Below, piece after piece: positions 60,459-64,000 of a stretch of 64,000 nucleotides of DNA. The notes under the pieces are model-generated. The model saw only the letters and a program-made list of their open reading frames with translations. It ran no database searches and was not told the DNA's origin. The translations under genes were made by a program, and so were the position numbers. How positions within the stretch are numbered: position 1 is the stretch's first letter; every line of letters starts with the position of its first letter. The DNA is from an uncultured Thiobacillus sp. (GTDB lineage: Bacteria; Pseudomonadota; Gammaproteobacteria; Burkholderiales; Thiobacillaceae). The DNA lies in the NCBI GenBank assembly GCA_964440155.1, contig CAYTRH010000001.1:624-64623 (forward strand). The letters run 5' to 3'.

Positions 60459-60556
60459 AGGCTTTTTCGCCTGCCCGGGGGCTCCGGTCGCGCCGTGCAT
60501 GGGATGGGATGCGGCGTTCCAGTAAAATGCCGCACTTTTCCGCTACCTCGCGCATC

Positions 60557-61969
60557 ATGGTCCGCACCCGCTTCGCGCCCTCCCCCACCGGCTATCTGCA
60601 TATCGGCGGTGCCCGCACCGCGCTGTTCTCGTGGGCGTTCGCGCGCAGGATGGGGGGTGAGTTCGTGCTGCGCATCGAGGATACCGATCTGGAGCGCTCG
60701 ACCCAGGCTTCGGTGCAGGCGATCCTGGACGGCATGGCTTGGCTGGGCCTGGACTGGGACGAGGGACCGTACTACCAGATGCAGCGTCTGGAGCGGTATC
60801 GGGCCGTGGTCGACGAACTGCTCGAGGCCGGCCATGCGTACTACTGCTACGCCAGCAAGGATGAACTGGATGCCATGCGCGAAGCGCAGAAAGCACGCGG
60901 CGAGAAGCCGCGTTACGACGGACGCTGGCGCCCGGAACCGGGCAAGACCCTGCCGTCGCCGCCCGCCGGCGTGACGCCGGTGATCCGCTTCCGCACGCCG
61001 CGCGAGGGTGAAGTCACCTTCCACGACATGATCAAGGGGCCGATCACGGTCGCCAACGCGGAACTGGACGATCTGGTGATCATGCGCGGCGACGGCGTGC
61101 CCACCTACAACTTCGGCGTGGTGGTCGACGACTGGGACATGCGCATCAGTCACGTCATCCGCGGCGACGATCATGTCAACAACACGCCACGGCAGATCAA
61201 CATCCTGAAGGCCCTGGGCGCGCCCATTCCCACGTACGCGCACGTGCCGATGATCCTCGGCCAGGACGGCGAACGCCTGTCGAAGCGGCACGGCGCGGTC
61301 TCGGTATTGCAGTACCGTGACGAGGGCTATCTGCCGGAGGCGCTGCTCAACTATCTCGCGCGCCTGGGCTGGAGCCACGGCGATGACGAGAAGTTCGACG
61401 CGCGCCAGTTCGTCGAGTGGTTCGACGTCACCCATGTCAGTCATTCCGCCGCGCGCTTCGACATGGCCAAGCTGACCTGGCTCAATCAGCAATACCTGAA
61501 GGAGGCGGACGATGCGCGCCTGGCCGAACTGGTGCGGCCGTTCCTCGCGGCCCAAGGCATCACCGCGGCCGACGATGCCCGCTTGACGGCGCTGGTCGGC
61601 CTGGTCAAGGAGCGGGTCGCGACCTTGGCCGAGCTGGCCGACGCGCTGCACATCTACTACCACCAGACGCTGCCGGACGAGGCCGAGGTGCGCGCCAAGC
61701 TGGTCGCAGCGGCCGTGCCGGCGTTCGAGGCGCTGCGCGCGGCGTTCGCTGAAGTCGCCTGGGAGGCACCGGCGCTGGGCGCGTTGATCAAGGACACGGC
61801 GCAGAACCATGGCCTGAAGATGGGTCAGGTCGGCATGCCGTTGCGTCTGGTGTTGTTCGGCACGGCACAAACACCCGCCATCGACCAGACGCTGGCGCTG
61901 CTCGGGCGCGCCGAGACTTTGCGCCGTTTCGATGCAGCCTGGCCTCGGGTGCGCGCAGCGCTGGCTTGA
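60557..61969 (+). CDS. gltX: Glutamate--tRNA ligase
   Basis: The start at 60557 gives [24 protein letters not shown] (HIGH motif). The KMSKS-type motif is RLSKRHG. Confidence 0.96.
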   Translation: MVRTRFAPSPTGYLHIGGARTALFSWAFARRMGGEFVLRIEDTDLERSTQASVQAILDGMAWLGLDWDEGPYYQMQRLERYRAVVDELLEAGHAYYCYASKDELDAMREAQKARGEKPRYDGRWRPEPGKTLPSPPAGVTPVIRFRTPREGEVTFHDMIKGPITVANAELDDLVIMRGDGVPTYNFGVVVDDWDMRISHVIRGDDHVNNTPRQINILKALGAPIPTYAHVPMILGQDGERLSKRHGAVSVLQYRDEGYLPEALLNYLARLGWSHGDDEKFDARQFVEWFDVTHVSHSAARFDMAKLTWLNQQYLKEADDARLAELVRPFLAAQGITAADDARLTALVGLVKERVATLAELADALHIYYHQTLPDEAEVRAKLVAAAVPAFEALRAAFAEVAWEAPALGALIKDTAQNHGLKMGQVGMPLRLVLFGTAQTPAIDQTLALLGRAETLRRFDAAWPRVRAALA

Positions 61970-62058
61970 GCCGCCGCGAGGTGGAGCAAACCCGACCGGC
62001 ACGGCTACAATCGCCGGCCGCGACCCCTCCGATAACGACTAAGCCAAAACGCGTAGCC

Positions 62059-62679
62059 ATGTCCAGCAAGATGAAGCTCATCGGTTCCCTGACCAGCCCG
62101 TTCGTGCGCAAGGTGCGCCTGGTCGCCGCGGAAAAGTTCATCGAATACGAATTCGTCGTCGACGTGCCGTGGGATGACGCCACACACGTGCCCGATTTCA
62201 ACCCGCTGGGCAAGGTGCCGGTGTGGGTGCAGGAGGACGGCAAGGCGTTGTACGACTCGCGCGTGATTGTCGAGTACTTGGACAACATCAGCCCGGCCGG
62301 GCACGTACTGCCCAAGGAGCCGCGGCCGCGCATCGTGGTCAAGCGCTGGGAAGCCCTGGCCGACGGCGTGTGCGATGCCGCCGCGCTGGTCCACCTGGAA
62401 AAGAAGCGTCCGCTGGCGCAGCAGAACGCCGACTGGATAGGCCGGCAGATGGGCAAGGTGCGCGCCGGTCTGAAGTGCATGAGCGACGATCTGGGTCAGC
62501 AGACCTGGTGCACCGGCGAGATGTTCTGTCTGGCGGACATCGCGCTGGGTTGCGCGCTGGGTTATCTGGAGTTCCGTTTCCCGGAGATCGACTGGCGGCG
62601 CGACCATCCCAACCTGTCCGAAGTGTATGACCGGCTGATGCAGCGCCCCACGTTCAGGGATACCGCACCGATAGGCTGA
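62059..62679 (+). CDS. Glutathione S-transferase family protein
   Basis: About 206 aa from the internal ATG (MSSKMKLIGSLTSPFVRKVRL...). The N-terminal thioredoxin-like fold carries NPLGKVPVW and DSRVIVEYL. Confidence 0.85.
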   Translation: MSSKMKLIGSLTSPFVRKVRLVAAEKFIEYEFVVDVPWDDATHVPDFNPLGKVPVWVQEDGKALYDSRVIVEYLDNISPAGHVLPKEPRPRIVVKRWEALADGVCDAAALVHLEKKRPLAQQNADWIGRQMGKVRAGLKCMSDDLGQQTWCTGEMFCLADIALGCALGYLEFRFPEIDWRRDHPNLSEVYDRLMQRPTFRDTAPIG

Positions 62680-62686
62680 GCGCATC

Positions 62687-62708
62687 GGTGCCGCCGGCCG
62701 GCGGCACC
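62687..62708 (+). terminator. Perfect 22-nt GC palindrome after the GST gene (possible terminator hairpin, no U-tract)
   Basis: GGTGCCGCCGGCCGGCGGCACC is self-complementary (9-bp stem, 4-nt loop). It lies 8 nt after the stop codon. Confidence 0.35.
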
Positions 62709-62792
62709 GCACATCTGCCGCACCCGAGCTACATTGAAACTGAAGCCGTTCGTGATGCCGCACGACGCGCGGCGTAACCTGGTGGAGGTGAC

Positions 62793-63599
62793 ATGTTGCA
62801 AGTGCGTCCCGCCGCGGTCGCGGGTCTGTTCTATCCCGATGACCCGCGGCGTCTGCGTGATCAACTGACCGAGTATCTGTCCGCCGCCGCGGAGAACCCG
62901 GGCCTGCGACCCAAGGCCCTGGTCGCGCCGCACGCCGGTTATGTCTATTCCGGCCCGATCGCAGCGCGCGCCTATGCGCTGCTGCGCCCCTGGCGCGCTT
63001 CGATCCGCCGTGTGGTGCTGCTCGGGCCGGTGCACCATGTCTGGGTCACCGGACTGGCGTTGCCCGGTGTCGATGCGTTCGTCACGCCGTTGGGGCAGGT
63101 CATGCTCGACCGCGATGCCGTGGCCGAGGTTGCCCGACTGCCGGGCGTGGAGACCCTGCCTGCCGCGCACGCACGCGAGCACTCCCTGGAGGTCCATCTG
63201 CCCTTCCTGCAGACCGCCTTGGCGGACTTCCGGCTGGTGCCGCTGGCCGTGGGCGGCGCCGATGCCGAGCAGGTGGCGGGCGTACTCGATCACTTGTGGG
63301 GCGGCGATGAAACGCTGATCGTGGTCAGTTCGGATCTGTCGCATTACCTGCCCTACGACCTGGCGCGCCGGGTCGACGACGCCACGGCGCACGCCATCCT
63401 GGCGCTCGACGACCATCTCGTCGGCGAACAGGCCTGCGGCGCTCATCCGCTCAACGGGCTGTTGCGCTGCGCACGCCGGCGCGGCCTGACGCCGCACCTG
63501 TTGGACCTGCGCAATTCCGGCGATACCGCCGGCGATCGGCAGCGTGTGGTCGGCTACGGCGCATTCGCGTTCACGGAGGCCGCGCATGGCCGCGCTTGA
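62793..63599 (+). CDS. AmmeMemoRadiSam system protein B (Memo-like)
   Basis: 268 aa. It carries RPAAVAGLFYPDDP, APHAGYVYSGPIAARAY and EHSLEVHLPFLQ motifs. Confidence 0.88.
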   Translation: MLQVRPAAVAGLFYPDDPRRLRDQLTEYLSAAAENPGLRPKALVAPHAGYVYSGPIAARAYALLRPWRASIRRVVLLGPVHHVWVTGLALPGVDAFVTPLGQVMLDRDAVAEVARLPGVETLPAAHAREHSLEVHLPFLQTALADFRLVPLAVGGADAEQVAGVLDHLWGGDETLIVVSSDLSHYLPYDLARRVDDATAHAILALDDHLVGEQACGAHPLNGLLRCARRRGLTPHLLDLRNSGDTAGDRQRVVGYGAFAFTEAAHGRA

Positions 63600-64000
63600 G
63601 CCACGGCAGGGGCGCGTGCTGCTGGCGCTGGCGCGCGACGCCATCGCACGGGCATTGGGGCAGGCCGGCACCGTCACCGTGTCGCCCGAAGACGCCGCCT
63701 GGCTGGATGTTCCAGGTGCGACCTTCGTCACCTTGACCCAACAAGGCGCATTGCGCGGCTGCATCGGCTCGCTGGAAGCGCGCCGCAAGCTGCGCGACGA
63801 CGTCGTCGCCAATGCCCGGGCCGCGGCCTTTGCCGATCCGCGCTTTGCGCCGCTGACGGCAGACGAACTGGCGCGAACGCGGGTCGAAGTCTCGGTGCTG
63901 AGTACACCCGAGCCGATGCCGTGGGCGGATGAAGCCGATGCGCTGGCCCGGCTGCGCCCGGGCATCGACGGCGTGATCCTGGAGTGCGGCCGGCACCGCG
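63586..64000 (+). CDS. AmmeMemoRadiSam system protein A (AMMECR1 domain), 3' end beyond the window
   Basis: It is not in the ORF track because it has no stop in the window. My translation is MAALEPRQGRVLLALARDAIARAL...GATFVTLTQQGALRGCIGSLEARRKL..., which contains the AMMECR1 LRGCIG signature. It overlaps protein B by 14 nt. Confidence 0.85.
   Translation, partial: MAALEPRQGRVLLALARDAIARALGQAGTVTVSPEDAAWLDVPGATFVTLTQQGALRGCIGSLEARRKLRDDVVANARAAAFADPRFAPLTADELARTRVEVSVLSTPEPMPWADEADALARLRPGIDGVILECGRHR

Noticed and set aside
60242-60556. tRNA-Val as a possible integration hotspot or genomic island boundary.
   Set aside because: Both flanks are core genes (nudix-mnmA, gltX). There is no integrase, no direct repeat of the tRNA 3' end and no compositional break.

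Overview
This is a GC-rich chromosomal segment (codon third positions are dominated by G/C) with gammaproteobacterial gene content and synteny. Nearly all of it is densely packed core genes, many joined by 4-nt ATGA/GTGA start-stop overlaps.

Gene order, left to right:
- Divergent rne/rluC, then the small DUF2288 and S4 proteins.
- pgm, a TPR protein, and HAD-Rieske-SppA.
- A Rof-like protein, a large SAM methyltransferase and phaR.
- A minus-strand chain motA-motB-membrane methyltransferase-HDOD/GAF. It sits directly downstream of the conserved envelope/translation supercluster rpsB-tsf-pyrH-frr-uppS-cdsA-dxr-rseP-bamA-skp-lpxD-fabZ-lpxA-lpxB-rnhB.
- ftsK-lolA-rarA, then trxB, an Smr protein and an H-NS-like protein.
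- sdhCDAB-sdhE-gltA-sucA.
- A four-gene CHAT / CHASE2-cyclase / FecR-like / OMP module, preceded by an unusual HTH-ferredoxin-FNR-like protein.
- recJ.
- A nudix-mnmA-M48 protease-GGDEF/EAL-HDOD/GAF chain.
- tRNA-Val(CAC), gltX, a GST, and the first two genes of an AmmeMemoRadiSam system, cut by the window edge.

I found no CRISPR array, IS element, integrase or prophage.

The best candidate for an uncharacterised system is the periplasm-facing TPR-CHAT protease + CHASE2 adenylate cyclase + FecR-like + beta-barrel OMP operon at 45.1-50.9 kb. Secondary oddities are the degenerate HTH-[2Fe-2S]-FNR-like fusion upstream of it, the two HDOD-GAF paralogs that each end a translationally coupled chain, the ORF-poor lower-GC 0.67 kb region upstream of phaR with two tiny coupled ORFs, and an orphan sucA with no sucB/lpd.

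All functional calls come from reading the translated sequences and recognising motifs. No database search was run.
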